64,000 nt of DNA from Nitrospirota bacterium (GTDB lineage Bacteria; Nitrospirota; UBA9217), in contig CAVWHO010000020.1 in NCBI GenBank assembly GCA_963754875.1, positions 384,001-448,000 on the forward strand. The letters run 5' to 3'. The translations under genes were made by a program, and so were the position numbers. The notes under the pieces are model-generated. The model ran no database searches. It was not told where the DNA came from and saw only the letters and a program-made list of their open reading frames with translations. Below, one piece after another: positions 31,248 through 42,068 of this stretch (its first letter is position 1; the number at the start of each line of letters is the position of its first letter).

Positions 31248-31620
31248 TAGCACAGGTTGAATATTTTAAGGTTGTGCGGCAGGACGTCCGCCGTGGGATT
31301 GAATTTAACGCAGCGGAATTCCAAACACTCAAAACAGAAGTCGAGCCCTCGTTCTGTCGCGCATGCGTAGGTTACGCATGTGCCTTCGACGAACTGGTTC
31401 TTCCCCTTAGCCGGCCTGCATCCCGGACAAGGGGCCCCGTTCCATTTCGTCTTCTTAATCAGTACCTGCCGCAGAGACGGATCGTCCTTGACCTTGTAAG
31501 CCGGGCAGGTCCCGCAATGCATCCCTCATGGCGAACTAGAGTAATGTCGTCTTTTGTCTTCATGGAAGAAGCCTCCTTTTTGTTTTCTTCTATCCGTTAG
31601 ACCGGCTCGGAGGCGATAGG

Positions 31621-32430
31621 TTACAAAAGATCAGGAAAAATAAACCACTCTTTGTTTCGAATACCTTCACGGATTCTTTGAGCAAAAGATTCGTCAGCCC
31701 TGTCCCGGTAAAGGTCGTGGTAAAAATCACGCAACGTTTTCATTTTCCTGAAATCTTCCCTTGCTTGGATGGTAATAGGAGGAAGGGGATTGACTGAAGC
31801 CTCTTTTGAAATCCAGCCCTGCGACAGGCCGAAACGAACGAACTGCCTACAATTACAGGGATTGGATTTCTTGATAAATTGACATCTGTTTTCCATGTAG
31901 CCGAACCATCTTTTCTTGGCACGATGAAGCGTAGTTTTGACCGAGCTTACTGAGCAGTCGAGAATTTCGGCAACGAGTTTCTGAGGCAGACCTACAGTGA
32001 TCGTCAGGCAAAAAACCTTTCGCTCGTTCGCTTGCAGGCATTCCGTCAAAGAGTGCAAACACTTGACCCGCGCCTGCTGGGCGAGCAGCGCGGTTTCAGG
32101 GTTGTTTGCGGGATTAGAGTCAATGACGTCCTCGAGAGAATAACCCAGGTCCTCGGTAAGCGTATAGATCGGCAGTTTGCTCCTGTATCTCAAGTAATCA
32201 TTTGATACGTTGATCGTAATTCGATATACCCAGGTAAAAAAAGAACTATCTTCGCGGAAGGTGTCATAGGAGCGAAAAGCACGAAAGAATGCTTCCTGGG
32301 TGATGTCCTCGGCGTCGTATGCATTGCCTGCAAGTGACAACGCAAGCCTATAGACTTTCGATTGATTGTCACGGTACAGCTGGTCGAAAAGATTCCTCTG
32401 CTCGTCAATCACAGTCAGCACCTCTTTCAT
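31621..32430 (-). CDS. ECF sigma factor with Cys-containing C-terminal extension
   Basis: DAEDITQEAF, FFTWVYRI, VKTTLHRAK, then C(x8)CNC extension. Confidence 0.85.
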   Translation of the reverse strand: MKEVLTVIDEQRNLFDQLYRDNQSKVYRLALSLAGNAYDAEDITQEAFFRAFRSYDTFREDSSFFTWVYRITINVSNDYLRYRSKLPIYTLTEDLGYSLEDVIDSNPANNPETALLAQQARVKCLHSLTECLQANERKVFCLTITVGLPQKLVAEILDCSVSSVKTTLHRAKKRWFGYMENRCQFIKKSNPCNCRQFVRFGLSQGWISKEASVNPLPPITIQAREDFRKMKTLRDFYHDLYRDRADESFAQRIREGIRNKEWFIFPDLL

Positions 32431-32561
32431 TTTCGGAGTTTTACTAAAGAGGTATCCCGATGATCTCCTCCGCATTTGACACCTTATTTTTCATTTTTTG
32501 TTTTGTATCTGTCTTTTTGATTTGATATCAACCCGGTTCGTGCATTTCCTCCGCCGCTGAC

Positions 32562-33848
32562 TTACGTTGGCTTTGTTTTTTTGCGGCCCAGAAAATAGAC
32601 GGTGAAAGCCCCCAGGGCGCAGAAAAGACCGCCCGCCTGCAAGGCGTGGCCCGAACCCACCCTTTGGGCGATGACGCCCATCCAAAAGCTTCCGATAGGC
32701 ATGCTCCCGCCGAAGACCAGTGCCCAAATGCCCATCAGCCTTCCACGCAGGTGATCAGGGGATTGGGTTTGGATGATGCTATTTCCGATGGAAAAAAATA
32801 AGATGATGCCGAACCCGGCGAAGAAAAGAAGGAAGGCCGCTCCGACCGGTTGATGCATGAAACCGAAAAGAATGATGAAAGCTCCATAAATGCCCGCGCC
32901 GGTATAAAGCGTTTTAACGCGGACGATACGAGATCCTTGGGCGGCGACGAATAAAGCGGCGGTACAAGCGCCGAGGCCATTCAGGGCCAAAAGCCAGCCA
33001 TAGCCTTGGGCGTCCATATGCAATTGGGTTACCGCGAAGGCGGATAGCTGGGATTGGTAGGCCCAGCCTCCCAGTCCCATGATGAAAAGCAGGGTTACTG
33101 TTTGGGCCATGGTGGAATTTGTTTTTAAATATTTGAATCCTTCTAAAGTATATTTCCAGTCGGCTTTTACTTTTTTAGGCGCGTAGTGCGATGCGGGAAG
33201 CTGGATTTTGTGAAGCGCGTAAAGAACCGCCAAATAACTCATGGCATCCAAAAGAAAGCACCAGGCAGCCCCGAAGGAAGCCAGTAAAAGACCTCCAATA
33301 GCGGGACCGATGACCCGGGTCGAATTCACCATGGCGCTGTTAAGCGCGATGGCGTTCACTAAATCTTTTTTGCCCACCAGTTCAACCATGAGGGTCTGCC
33401 GGGACGGCATCTCAAAGGCGATGGATAGCCCCCAAAGGGCGGAAAAGATCATTAGATAGGCAATGTGAACGGGACCGCGGAACAACATGACGGCCAAAGT
33501 CAATGAAGACAGTAGCGAAAACCAACTAGTCAAAGTAAAAATCCTGATTTTGGGAATACGGTCGGCCAGAGAACCGGCATAAACGGCGAAAAGGAAAATG
33601 GGAAGGGAATTGAGCATGAAAACAATACCCAGCAAAAATTCCGAATGGGTGAACTGAAAGGTAACCCAGCCTAAGGCGGCGGTGCGGGTCCAGGTGCCGA
33701 TCAGTGAAACGGTTTGTCCCGAATAAAAATAGCGGTAATTAGGATTGCGTAAGGCGGAAAAGGTTTTATGCCATCCTTTGGAAGGGGGCAGCCCGGCATT
33801 GTTTGCCTCCGCTTGCTGCAAGGTTTCCTGGGAGTTCTCTGATCTCAA
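32562..33848 (-). CDS. MFS transporter
   Basis: 12 TM pattern, GQTVSLIGTW, GSLADR, NAIALNS, LRGRLMG. Confidence 0.9.
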   Translation of the reverse strand: MRSENSQETLQQAEANNAGLPPSKGWHKTFSALRNPNYRYFYSGQTVSLIGTWTRTAALGWVTFQFTHSEFLLGIVFMLNSLPIFLFAVYAGSLADRIPKIRIFTLTSWFSLLSSLTLAVMLFRGPVHIAYLMIFSALWGLSIAFEMPSRQTLMVELVGKKDLVNAIALNSAMVNSTRVIGPAIGGLLLASFGAAWCFLLDAMSYLAVLYALHKIQLPASHYAPKKVKADWKYTLEGFKYLKTNSTMAQTVTLLFIMGLGGWAYQSQLSAFAVTQLHMDAQGYGWLLALNGLGACTAALFVAAQGSRIVRVKTLYTGAGIYGAFIILFGFMHQPVGAAFLLFFAGFGIILFFSIGNSIIQTQSPDHLRGRLMGIWALVFGGSMPIGSFWMGVIAQRVGSGHALQAGGLFCALGAFTVYFLGRKKTKPT

Positions 33849-34093
33849 TTATTCCGTCTGCTTTGCAATAAGGACACCAACTGTGAGGACCGTTGCTCGT
33901 GTCGGAAAAATCTTCTCGGTTTGAACAAGGGGTATATCCTGAGCGGCGTCGAAATGGGAATCTTTGATGACGACGTATCGAAAATCCAAGCCGAACGAGC
34001 GCTTTAGTGTAGGAAAAGTCTTGCCACTCGTCGACATTCCAAAGGTACCAAGTTTTTAATGGTTGAATGTTCTGCAGCTCGAATCATTCAAAG

Positions 34094-35093
34094 CTACTTT
34101 GACGAGAGGGTTTCAATAGCTCGTTTCGCCCAGGTGCTGTCTTGAAGGATTGCCCTTCCAACGCCGATCAGGTCAGCTTTCTTATCCTTCAATAATTTCT
34201 CAGCAGCGTTCACCATCAGTTATCCCTCCCGTAAGGATCACGGGAATGGAAACAACGCTCTTAATGGCTTCACTGAGTGGAGCAAAATATCCCTGACCGG
34301 TGAGGCCGGGGGGAGTATATCCAACAAAACCGCCGGAGATGTGAATCATATCCAGACCTGCTTTTTCAAAGGCCTGGGCGGCAATCATGCTGTCTTCAAT
34401 GGTCGTTCCACCTTCTGTATAATCCGATGCCCCTAACCGTATCTGAATTGGAAAGTCCGGCCCGACTGACATGCGTACTGCCTGGATCACCTGTAAATGA
34501 ATGCGAATGCGGTTGGAAATATCTCCGCCATACTCGTCTGTTCGTTTGTTTGTCAAAGGGGATAAAAACTGGTTGAGCAGGTAACCATGCGCAGAATGGA
34601 TCTCCACAGCATCAAAGCCCGCGTCCCTGACCCTGCGTCCGGCCTCTTGAAAGGCATGCACAATATCACTGATTTCCTTCTTGGTGAGTTCGCGGGGCAT
34701 GTCGCCGCGTCTCGGGTTCGCTGTTGCCGAAGGAGCCAAAGGCGTCGTTCCCGTGACCTCCTTGAGCGCCGCGCTTCCAGCGTGATTGATCTGCATTGCG
34801 GCTTTTGATCCGTTCCGGTGGATAATATCCGACAATTTACGCAGACCTGGTATTGCCGCGTCATCGCAAACAGAAAGCTGACTGTTGCTCGCCTTGCCTT
34901 CCGGGGTTATGTAGCTATGCTCAATGATGATCAAAGCAATATGGCCGCCTCGGGATTTTTCGTCATAGTAGTCGAGAAGCGACTGGCTTACTGTTCCGTT
35001 GAGTTCGGCTTTTGCGGTAGCCATCGGCGGCATAACCAGGCGGTTGGCCAGGTTCATTGAACGCACTTTTAACGGTGTGAGAAGACAGGTCAT
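34094..35093 (-). CDS. NADH:flavin oxidoreductase / Old Yellow Enzyme family (frameshift near 34213)
   Basis: NRLVMPPM, QINHAG, GFDAVEIHSAHGYLLNQFLSP; C-terminus ADLIGVGRAIL in another frame to TAG at 34094-34096. Confidence 0.85.
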
Positions 35094-35734
35094 GGATTAA
35101 GAACCTCCGATACGCTCTTCACTATTTCAGTCGAATTTTTTACGATAGCGACCCGTTCGAGGTTTTTTAAAGAACGTTCATGCGCATCCCGGTCCATCGA
35201 AGAAACGCAATCAGAAACAACCACCGGGTAGAACCCTCTGTTTGAAGCATCACGCGCTGATGACTCGATTCCTGCCTCAGTTGCTATACCGGTGAATATC
35301 AGCGTCGTTATCTGCCTGTTTCTCATCATAAGCTCGAAATTCGTCCCGATGAAAATGCTCGCAGTTGCTTTATCCAGAAGAATGTCTCCCTTCTCAGACT
35401 TTACAGCCTCGGGGATTTCTCTTTCTCGTGAACCGGGCAACATGAAATTCGGCAGTTTGTCCGGCTCCTTGACATTATAGCGTCGCATCATATTGAAAAT
35501 GCCCCAGGAAGACTGAAATTCACGTGGAAGGGGCGTGATCAGGGTATAGACAACAGGCATTTTATTTCTCATGCTCTCCACAAGACGTTTAAGGTTACTT
35601 ATAAATTCCTCCTTGTTGAATATTCTGTCCACAAGCCCGTTTTGGACATCCCAGACAATGAGGCACGAATGATCGGGATGGACTATTTCTTTCAGATCTT
35701 CATATATGGTAAGGCCATTTGTATTTATCATCAT
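35090..35734 (-). CDS. Isochorismatase-like hydrolase
   Basis: LIVWDVQN, GIATEAGIESSARDA, VVVSDC. Confidence 0.85.
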   Translation of the reverse strand: MMINTNGLTIYEDLKEIVHPDHSCLIVWDVQNGLVDRIFNKEEFISNLKRLVESMRNKMPVVYTLITPLPREFQSSWGIFNMMRRYNVKEPDKLPNFMLPGSREREIPEAVKSEKGDILLDKATASIFIGTNFELMMRNRQITTLIFTGIATEAGIESSARDASNRGFYPVVVSDCVSSMDRDAHERSLKNLERVAIVKNSTEIVKSVSEVLNP

Positions 35735-35775
35735 TGACTCCTTTCTGTAGAAAGCATCCCGTGACGTTATCAGGC

Positions 35776-36318
35776 TTATTTTGTTTGCACATAATTATTG
35801 GAGTAATGGTTGTGTTTAACCTTGTTATATGCCAGCTCGCTATCCGGAACTGGATTCTTAGTTTCGTTTGGGTAGCCAATGCTCACCATACATTCAACCT
35901 TGATATGTTCGGGCAGTCCGAGCAGATTCTGTATATATTGGCCAGCAGATATTATCTCTGAGTGATTACGATTCCTAATTTGTATCCAGCAGCAGCCCAT
36001 GCCCAAAGCGTGAGCAGTCATCTGAACTAGTATTGCTGCAATGGAACAGTCCTCGACCCATACGTCGGATTTTGTGCTATCGGCACATACGACGATCCCC
36101 AAAGGTGCGTCCCGCAGGTGATGAGATCCTTGTTCTCTGGCCTTCGAAAGGTTAGACAGGAGCTCCCGATCATCAACAACGATAAACTCCCAAGATTTAC
36201 CGTTTCGCGATGTCGGTGAACGAAGTAATGCCTCTATAAGTACATCAATGACTTTGTAATCAATAGGCGTTTGGGCATATTTACGAATACTTCTGCGTGT
36301 GCGTAAGAGATCGATCAT
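35776..36318 (-). CDS. Nitroreductase family protein
   Basis: TRRSIRKY, WEFIVV, GMGCCWI, IGYP. Confidence 0.9.
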   Translation of the reverse strand: MIDLLRTRRSIRKYAQTPIDYKVIDVLIEALLRSPTSRNGKSWEFIVVDDRELLSNLSKAREQGSHHLRDAPLGIVVCADSTKSDVWVEDCSIAAILVQMTAHALGMGCCWIQIRNRNHSEIISAGQYIQNLLGLPEHIKVECMVSIGYPNETKNPVPDSELAYNKVKHNHYSNNYVQTK

Positions 36319-36391
36319 GTTGTGTCCTCCTCATGGTAAAACACAGCGGCGATGTAGTAACCGCTTCTTTGACCCTTTTCCCAGAGAGCGC

Positions 36392-37174
36392 CTACTTGAA
36401 AATCTCGCTGAAGAAGCTTTTCATCGCTTCCCATGAACGCTTATCCGCTTTTTCGTTATATGCGACGCCTTTCGATTTGTCCGTCCCGCTTTCAGGATTG
36501 GTGAACGCATGTACGGCGTCAGCATACGAGACCAGGTACCAGTCAACACCCGCTTTGCGCATCTCATCTTCAAAGGCAATCACCTGCTCCGGCTTTGCAT
36601 AGGGATCGTCTGCTCCGGTGAGAACCAGTACTTTGCTCTTGATGTTCTTGGCATCCGCTGGGTTCGGCGTAGTGAGCCCCCCGTGAAAGCTAACGACACC
36701 AGCAAGGTCGGCACCGCTTCTGGCAAGCTCCAATACCGTGGTCCCGCCGAAACAGTACCCGATTGCTGCGACACGTTTCGAATCAACCAAGGAGTTCTTC
36801 TTCAGGGCTTCAAGCCCTGCATTCACTCGGGCGCGCAATAGATTCCGGTCGTTTCCGCCAAGATACTTGCCCGTAAGCGCCATCGCTTCCTGAGGTGTTT
36901 TCGCTCGGTTGCCTTTCCCGTAAATATCAGCTGCTAAGGCGACATACCCGAGCTGCGCCAGCTGTTCAGTTCGTTTCTTGGTATAATCGTTGATGCCCCA
37001 CCATTCATGAACAAGGAGGACACCTGGACGAGCGCCCTTGATCGTATCATCATAGGCCAAGTATCCTTCCAGCACTGTGTCTCCCTGTTTGTATTCAACG
37101 AGTTCGGTATGAATGGCCGCATTTGCTTTTACTGCGAGTAGCATGAAAAGCAGGCTTCCAATTATAATTTTCAT
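36392..37174 (-). CDS. Dienelactone hydrolase family, exported
   Basis: Signal peptide, HEWWG, GYCFGG, FHG, HAFT. Confidence 0.9.
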   Translation of the reverse strand: MKIIIGSLLFMLLAVKANAAIHTELVEYKQGDTVLEGYLAYDDTIKGARPGVLLVHEWWGINDYTKKRTEQLAQLGYVALAADIYGKGNRAKTPQEAMALTGKYLGGNDRNLLRARVNAGLEALKKNSLVDSKRVAAIGYCFGGTTVLELARSGADLAGVVSFHGGLTTPNPADAKNIKSKVLVLTGADDPYAKPEQVIAFEDEMRKAGVDWYLVSYADAVHAFTNPESGTDKSKGVAYNEKADKRSWEAMKSFFSEIFK

Positions 37175-37254
37175 TCTATCCTCCTGTAGATCTGGATTTG
37201 AACTCATCGTAAATTAAAATAATTTTAACACTTCCTTCATTTAGTAAGCCATGC

Positions 37255-37905
37255 TTATCCTTTTGCGGCAAGGCGATGTCCCAAATCAAAGGCTTTCTGA
37301 CAGTCAATTGGGAATATTTCTTTTCGTCTCAAAGCCTTCTTCTCAGGATCAAAGTGCTCCATGATGACTTTTGAATAGTCGGGGAACTGATACGTGTCAT
37401 AGGAGCACAAGGTTTCGGCCTCGCCGAAGATCCTCTTTAAAGATGCTTCGGTGGCGCTCATCATTGCTTGGTAGCCGATCTGCTTGCTCATTTCCTCGGG
37501 AACGTTCATCGTGTAGATCATCGCCGTACGCAATTTGCGCGGGAAAAGAGATCGTGGAGGTTGGGAATACACAAGAGGGGCAAAGAGGAGGCGTTCCATG
37601 CATGATTTCAGCTCTCCGGACATGGACCCGAAATAGACCGGAGTTCCCAGCACCACTGCATCGGCCTGGTCCTCGATCATTTTTAAAACAGGGGTGAGCT
37701 CGTCTTTCATAGCGCATTTTCCCTTGTTGGGCGAGTCGATCAATTTACACGAGAAACAACTCGTGCAGCCTTTGAAGGTGAGATCGTAGAGATGAATCAG
37801 CTCGGCTTCTGCTCCTGCGGCTTTTGCCCCTTCGATTGATTTTTTCAGCAGCGTTGCGGTATTCCCGCTCTTTCTCGGACTGCCGTTAATGGCGATCAGT
37901 TTCAT
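37255..37905 (-). CDS. Flavodoxin family / iron-sulfur flavoprotein
   Basis: INGSPRKSGNT, CTSCFSC...C, GTPVYF. Confidence 0.85.
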   Translation of the reverse strand: MKLIAINGSPRKSGNTATLLKKSIEGAKAAGAEAELIHLYDLTFKGCTSCFSCKLIDSPNKGKCAMKDELTPVLKMIEDQADAVVLGTPVYFGSMSGELKSCMERLLFAPLVYSQPPRSLFPRKLRTAMIYTMNVPEEMSKQIGYQAMMSATEASLKRIFGEAETLCSYDTYQFPDYSKVIMEHFDPEKKALRRKEIFPIDCQKAFDLGHRLAAKG

Positions 37906-37982
37906 GTTGGATTAGCTCCTTATAAAGAATAACCTTAATGTCTGCTGCATGGCTCCGGCTCTAGGATGCGTCATTCTTATTG

Positions 37983-39050
37983 TCATCTCAGCGTAATGGC
38001 TTTCTCTGGACACATCTCCTGGCAGCAAAAGCACGCAATGCAAATGTCGGCGTTCACTCGGGGAATATTTCCAACCATGGATAACGCGGATACCGGGCAA
38101 TGCTCAACGCAGGTACCGCAGCTTGTACATTTCTCCGGGTCCGCCTGAGGGCGCAGGATTGCCCGTCCATGAATCATTGACTGCATGGCCTCATTGCGGA
38201 ATATTGCTTCTCCGCCCAACGGGGGCAGTTTGAAATCAGGCAGCGTTTTCAACTCTCCGATGATTTCGATCGTCTTGAGATCGTAGTCACCCAAGCCCGC
38301 TTCTTTCGCCTTTTGAAGGAATCTCAGTTTCCCTGGATCGCATCCCATCATCGTTGCTATAACGGAGTCAACGGCAACAGCATTATCTGAGGCGAGGATC
38401 ACGCCGATATTTCTGAGGTCAGGTGAGGCCGGTCCATTGCCTTCCATTCCGACTACGGCGTCAACGATGAACAAATCCGGCACCCGAAGCTTGAATACTT
38501 CTACAATCACTTCATTAAAATCCGTCGGGTTGCCGGCAGCCCTGTGCAGCATGGCTTTCTGCGCGCCGGGCAATAAACCGTAACTGTTCTTGATCGCTCC
38601 AGTCAGAACGGTCAGACCGTGAGTTTTGAATTTAGGAAGACTGATGATAATATCAGCATCCAGCACGTCTTGCGAAACGCTGACAAAGGGCATGAATTTT
38701 GGATGGAAGGCGACTTTCCGGGAATCATTTCCGATGTTTTTATAGTGGCCTTTGGCTGCGTCCATCAGGCCGGTTTTGGAAAAGCTCTCCTCGTTTGCGC
38801 CGTAGCTGAACAGGCCTGGATTATCTCCCACGATAAGAGAGGCGGGACTCATTGTTTCCACCTTTTCCACGACAGCGCGGAGGACGGCAGGATTAGTGAC
38901 AATGCCATCTTTTGTTTCCGAGCTTCGGAGTACGTTGGGCTTGATCAGGACTTTCTTCCCCGATACCATCATAGGAAAGAGTTCAAATGCTCGGTCTACA
39001 GCTTGACGGACATTCTCATAACTGGCTGGATGGATCATGACTTTTGGCAT
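37983..39050 (-). CDS. DUF362-domain protein with two 4Fe-4S motifs
   Basis: VLIKPN, LPKFKTH, GMEGNGP, CTSCGTCVEHCP and CIACFCCQEMCP. Confidence 0.9.
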   Translation of the reverse strand: MPKVMIHPASYENVRQAVDRAFELFPMMVSGKKVLIKPNVLRSSETKDGIVTNPAVLRAVVEKVETMSPASLIVGDNPGLFSYGANEESFSKTGLMDAAKGHYKNIGNDSRKVAFHPKFMPFVSVSQDVLDADIIISLPKFKTHGLTVLTGAIKNSYGLLPGAQKAMLHRAAGNPTDFNEVIVEVFKLRVPDLFIVDAVVGMEGNGPASPDLRNIGVILASDNAVAVDSVIATMMGCDPGKLRFLQKAKEAGLGDYDLKTIEIIGELKTLPDFKLPPLGGEAIFRNEAMQSMIHGRAILRPQADPEKCTSCGTCVEHCPVSALSMVGNIPRVNADICIACFCCQEMCPEKAITLR

Positions 39051-39054
39051 AGCT

Positions 39055-39621
39055 TTACTCCTTTTTCCCTATCGAAAACGCCTTACCAATAAGCTCACCA
39101 ATACTATAATAAGCTCTTTGCCCTATATCAAAAATGAGCGGTTTGACTTTCAGGATATCCGCCATTTCCTGTTCGCCGAGCGCCGACTCTTCAGCCTTGA
39201 CATCCATGATCTCTCCGATGAATTGCGTGTGAAGACCGATTTCGAGCGTGTGGATCACCTTGCACTCTATTACCAAGGGAAATTCTTTTACGTACGGAGC
39301 GTCAACGAGGTCGCTTCGAACAGGGGTCAGTTTCGTCATTGCAAATTTATCGACATTTCTTCCCGAAGTCATGCCCACATAGTCCACCTCTTTCACCATC
39401 GCAGCGGATGGGATGTTAATGGTATATGCTTTGCGTTCCTTGATGCACCCGTATGTGTACGTTTCCTTTCGCAGGGAAATAGTGACGCAGGGAGGTTGGG
39501 AGCAGCATATTCCTCCCCATGCAATAGTCATGATGTTTGGTTTTCCGAGCGAATCATAGCTTCCGATAACCCATACAGGGGCTGGCTGGGCTAGTGTTTT
39601 GGCGCCGAGTGATTTTTTCAA
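39055..39621 (-). CDS. Flavin reductase family protein (flavoredoxin-like)
   Basis: [42 protein letters not shown] start after GGAGG. Confidence 0.85.
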   Translation of the reverse strand: MKKSLGAKTLAQPAPVWVIGSYDSLGKPNIMTIAWGGICCSQPPCVTISLRKETYTYGCIKERKAYTINIPSAAMVKEVDYVGMTSGRNVDKFAMTKLTPVRSDLVDAPYVKEFPLVIECKVIHTLEIGLHTQFIGEIMDVKAEESALGEQEMADILKVKPLIFDIGQRAYYSIGELIGKAFSIGKKE

Positions 39622-39683
39622 AGTTACCTCCATAAAAAATGTCGTGAAAGACTGAAGAGCGGCATTATAGATTGGCTTACTGG

Positions 39684-40478
39684 TTATGTGCCGATGCTTT
39701 TTGAGGCTGGTACGCCATCGGCATTTTCGAGAGACCATTCTGTTGCTGTAAAGCGCCTGCCGGTGATTCTCCGTCCCTCGTCGGATGCGAGAAAGACGGC
39801 AACAGGAGCGATGATCTCCGGCTTGAGCAGGCGCGAGCGGAGATCGTCGGAAATGCCGGATGGGATCATGCCTGTATCGGTAGCACCTCCGGGAAGTATC
39901 TCGTTCACCGTTATACCCGTGCTTTCCAGGTCCTGGGCCCAGATGATCGTCTCGGACTCAAGGGCAGCTTTCGATGGACCGTAGGGCGAGAAACCTTTGC
40001 GCTTCATGGTCTCGTAGTTCATGGTCACATTGATGATTGCCCCGCTCTTTTGACGCAGCATGTGCGGCACAACTACGCGAGCCATGTAGAAGGGACCATT
40101 GACGTTCGTGTCTATGACCATCTTCCATGTTTCAGGGTCTGTTTCCCAGAATCGAGCTGGCTCGGCCATGAAGGTCGGGGAAACGTATTTCATACCCCGG
40201 CCGGCATTGTTCACGAGCACATCAATGCGTCCGAAACGGGAAATTGCTTCTTTTATAACGGCTTCACAGGCACGGTATTCAGCAACATCCGCTAAAAGGG
40301 CAAGGGTTTTATCTTTTCCCCATACAGACACAAAGGAATCGATCTCCTTCCGCTCTCGGGCTGCGATTACTACCACGCGGCACCCTTCCTGCACATATCT
40401 CTCGGCAATGGCTCTGCCCATGCCACGGCCGCCGCCGGTCACAACTGCCACTTTCCCGTCTAATTTGCCCATGATCAC
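39684..40478 (-). CDS. Short-chain dehydrogenase/reductase
   Basis: [17 protein letters not shown]. Confidence 0.9.
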   Translation of the reverse strand: MIMGKLDGKVAVVTGGGRGMGRAIAERYVQEGCRVVVIAARERKEIDSFVSVWGKDKTLALLADVAEYRACEAVIKEAISRFGRIDVLVNNAGRGMKYVSPTFMAEPARFWETDPETWKMVIDTNVNGPFYMARVVVPHMLRQKSGAIINVTMNYETMKRKGFSPYGPSKAALESETIIWAQDLESTGITVNEILPGGATDTGMIPSGISDDLRSRLLKPEIIAPVAVFLASDEGRRITGRRFTATEWSLENADGVPASKSIGT

Positions 40479-40857
40479 CTCTCGTATGCTTTTCGCAGAT
40501 GCACAATGCTGGAAGCCGCAACTTCTCGATGTGAGACACTTCAGCGGCGAATAGGCTGAATATCTAATCCTATCATGAATATATTCTCGATTCCAGGCGA
40601 AGTCAAACGGGACGGGTATGCCTGATGTGTAGAGGCTACGAAGGTGCGTTATAAAGGGAAATCTACTATGATATATTGCGGGCGTTGCTGCTGAGAAGCG
40701 TGTACCTCACGCTGGGGACCGTTCCTTCGGCTATATACTTGAGGTACACAAACTTCGGGTTCATAGCTCGGAACGAAGTAGCCCACCTCCCTCAGTCGCG
40801 GTGTGGCAAAGAAATAACATCACCATCGACCGGTGGATTACATGGACCAATCAACTG

Positions 40858-41937
40858 CTAGTGTAGTGCGTCCAACGCTTCTTTACTTTTGGCGACCTTG
40901 GACAAAATCTGTTCCACAGGTGCAGTCCATACAAACACCTGCGGATTTTGGTTGTGATTATCGATATAGTTTTTGATAGCATCGATTAATGCTGGCACGT
41001 TCCGAAACGTGCCACGACGTATCCGCTTGTCGGTAATTTCTCGGAACCACCGCTCGACCATGTTCAGCCAAGAGCTCGAGGTCGGGATAAAGTGCAAATG
41101 GAACCGTGGATGCCGCTTGAGCCAGGTTTTTACGCTGGGATGCTTGTGGGTCCCGTAATTGTCTACGATCAAGTGCAGGTCGAGACCGATCGGGGTCTCT
41201 CCATCTATTTTCTTGAGGAAGCGGATAAATTCTTGATGCCGATGGCGCGGCAGGCAGTCGCCGATAATCGTACCGTCGAGCATGCTGAGGGCTGCAAATA
41301 ATGTTGTTGTGCCGTTTCGTTTGTAATCGTGCGTCATGGTCCCACAACGGCCCTTTTTCAACGGCAACCCCGGCTGCGTCCGGTCGAGTGCTTGGATTTG
41401 ACTCTTCTCGTCGACACAGAGCACGAGGGACTTGTCCGGAGGATTGAGATAGAGCCCAACAACGTCGTACAGTTTCTCGACGAAGTTTTTGTCGCGGCTG
41501 ACCTTGAAGGTTTTGATCAAATGAGGCTTTAAGTCGTGTTGCTTCCATATACGGCGTATTGTGGCTTCGCTTAACCCTTGAGCCTTGGCCATGCTGCGAG
41601 TGCTCCAATGGGTTGCATTGGGTGGAGTGGTATGGAGGGTGGCTTCGATGACTGCTTGAACCTTCTTCACCGGTATTTTGGGGATACGACCAGGACGGGG
41701 TGCATCCTTTTCCAGTCCCTCCAGTCGAAAAGCCAGAAACCGCTGTCGCCAAAGCTGCACGGTTGGCCGGGAGACACCAAGCTCCTGTGCAATATCTTGG
41801 TTCTGTACTCCATCCACAGCCATTCGGATGATCAGTGCACGTTGTACAAGTCGCAAGGGAAAGCTTTTTCCACGAACCCAGACGTCCAATTTGGATTGTT
41901 CCTCAGGAGACAAAATAATGGGCGCTGCGCTTTTCAT
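40858..41937 (-). CDS. IS630 transposase
   Basis: CVDEKSQIQALDR, VDNYGTHK, SWLNMVERWF. Confidence 0.95.
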   Translation of the reverse strand: MKSAAPIILSPEEQSKLDVWVRGKSFPLRLVQRALIIRMAVDGVQNQDIAQELGVSRPTVQLWRQRFLAFRLEGLEKDAPRPGRIPKIPVKKVQAVIEATLHTTPPNATHWSTRSMAKAQGLSEATIRRIWKQHDLKPHLIKTFKVSRDKNFVEKLYDVVGLYLNPPDKSLVLCVDEKSQIQALDRTQPGLPLKKGRCGTMTHDYKRNGTTTLFAALSMLDGTIIGDCLPRHRHQEFIRFLKKIDGETPIGLDLHLIVDNYGTHKHPSVKTWLKRHPRFHLHFIPTSSSWLNMVERWFREITDKRIRRGTFRNVPALIDAIKNYIDNHNQNPQVFVWTAPVEQILSKVAKSKEALDALH

Positions 41938-41995
41938 GATGGCTTAGCATACAGAGTTCCATATCATAAGTCAAGTTATTTATGACGCAGTACAC
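40861..41995 (-). mobile_element. IS630-family element B
   Basis: IRs GTGTAGTGCGTC / GACGCAGTACAC flanked by TA; the transposase stop codon uses the TA flank. Confidence 0.9.
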
Positions 41996-42037
41996 TAGAT
42001 TGAATGGCCAACTGTCAGATCCTGACGCTGAAGATGA

Positions 42038-42066
42038 TTGACAACCCTCTATATATTCAATATATT
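42038..42066 (+). promoter_or_regulatory. Sigma70-type promoter
   Basis: TTGACA-17 bp-TATATT. Confidence 0.7.
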
Positions 42067-42068
42067 AT

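Larger units (their letters stand above)
29932..31563 (-). pseudogene. DUF3795-like Cys-rich protein split by IS630
   Basis: N-part GMHCGTCPAY...CPGC...FCFEC...HNLKIFNLCY ends at the IS TA; C-part LKQHGIA*YLEKEQEIKQRYYNGRMVVGKGPQLG lies beyond the IS; additional frameshifts and a stop. Confidence 0.75.

Noticed and set aside
34200..34202. Possible Sec TGA after GERC in the OYE gene
   Set aside because: The conserved C-terminus continues in a different frame, so this is a frameshift rather than readthrough
40958..41752. 264 aa alternative-frame ORF inside IS630
   Set aside because: Overlaps the intact transposase on the same strand and has no motif support
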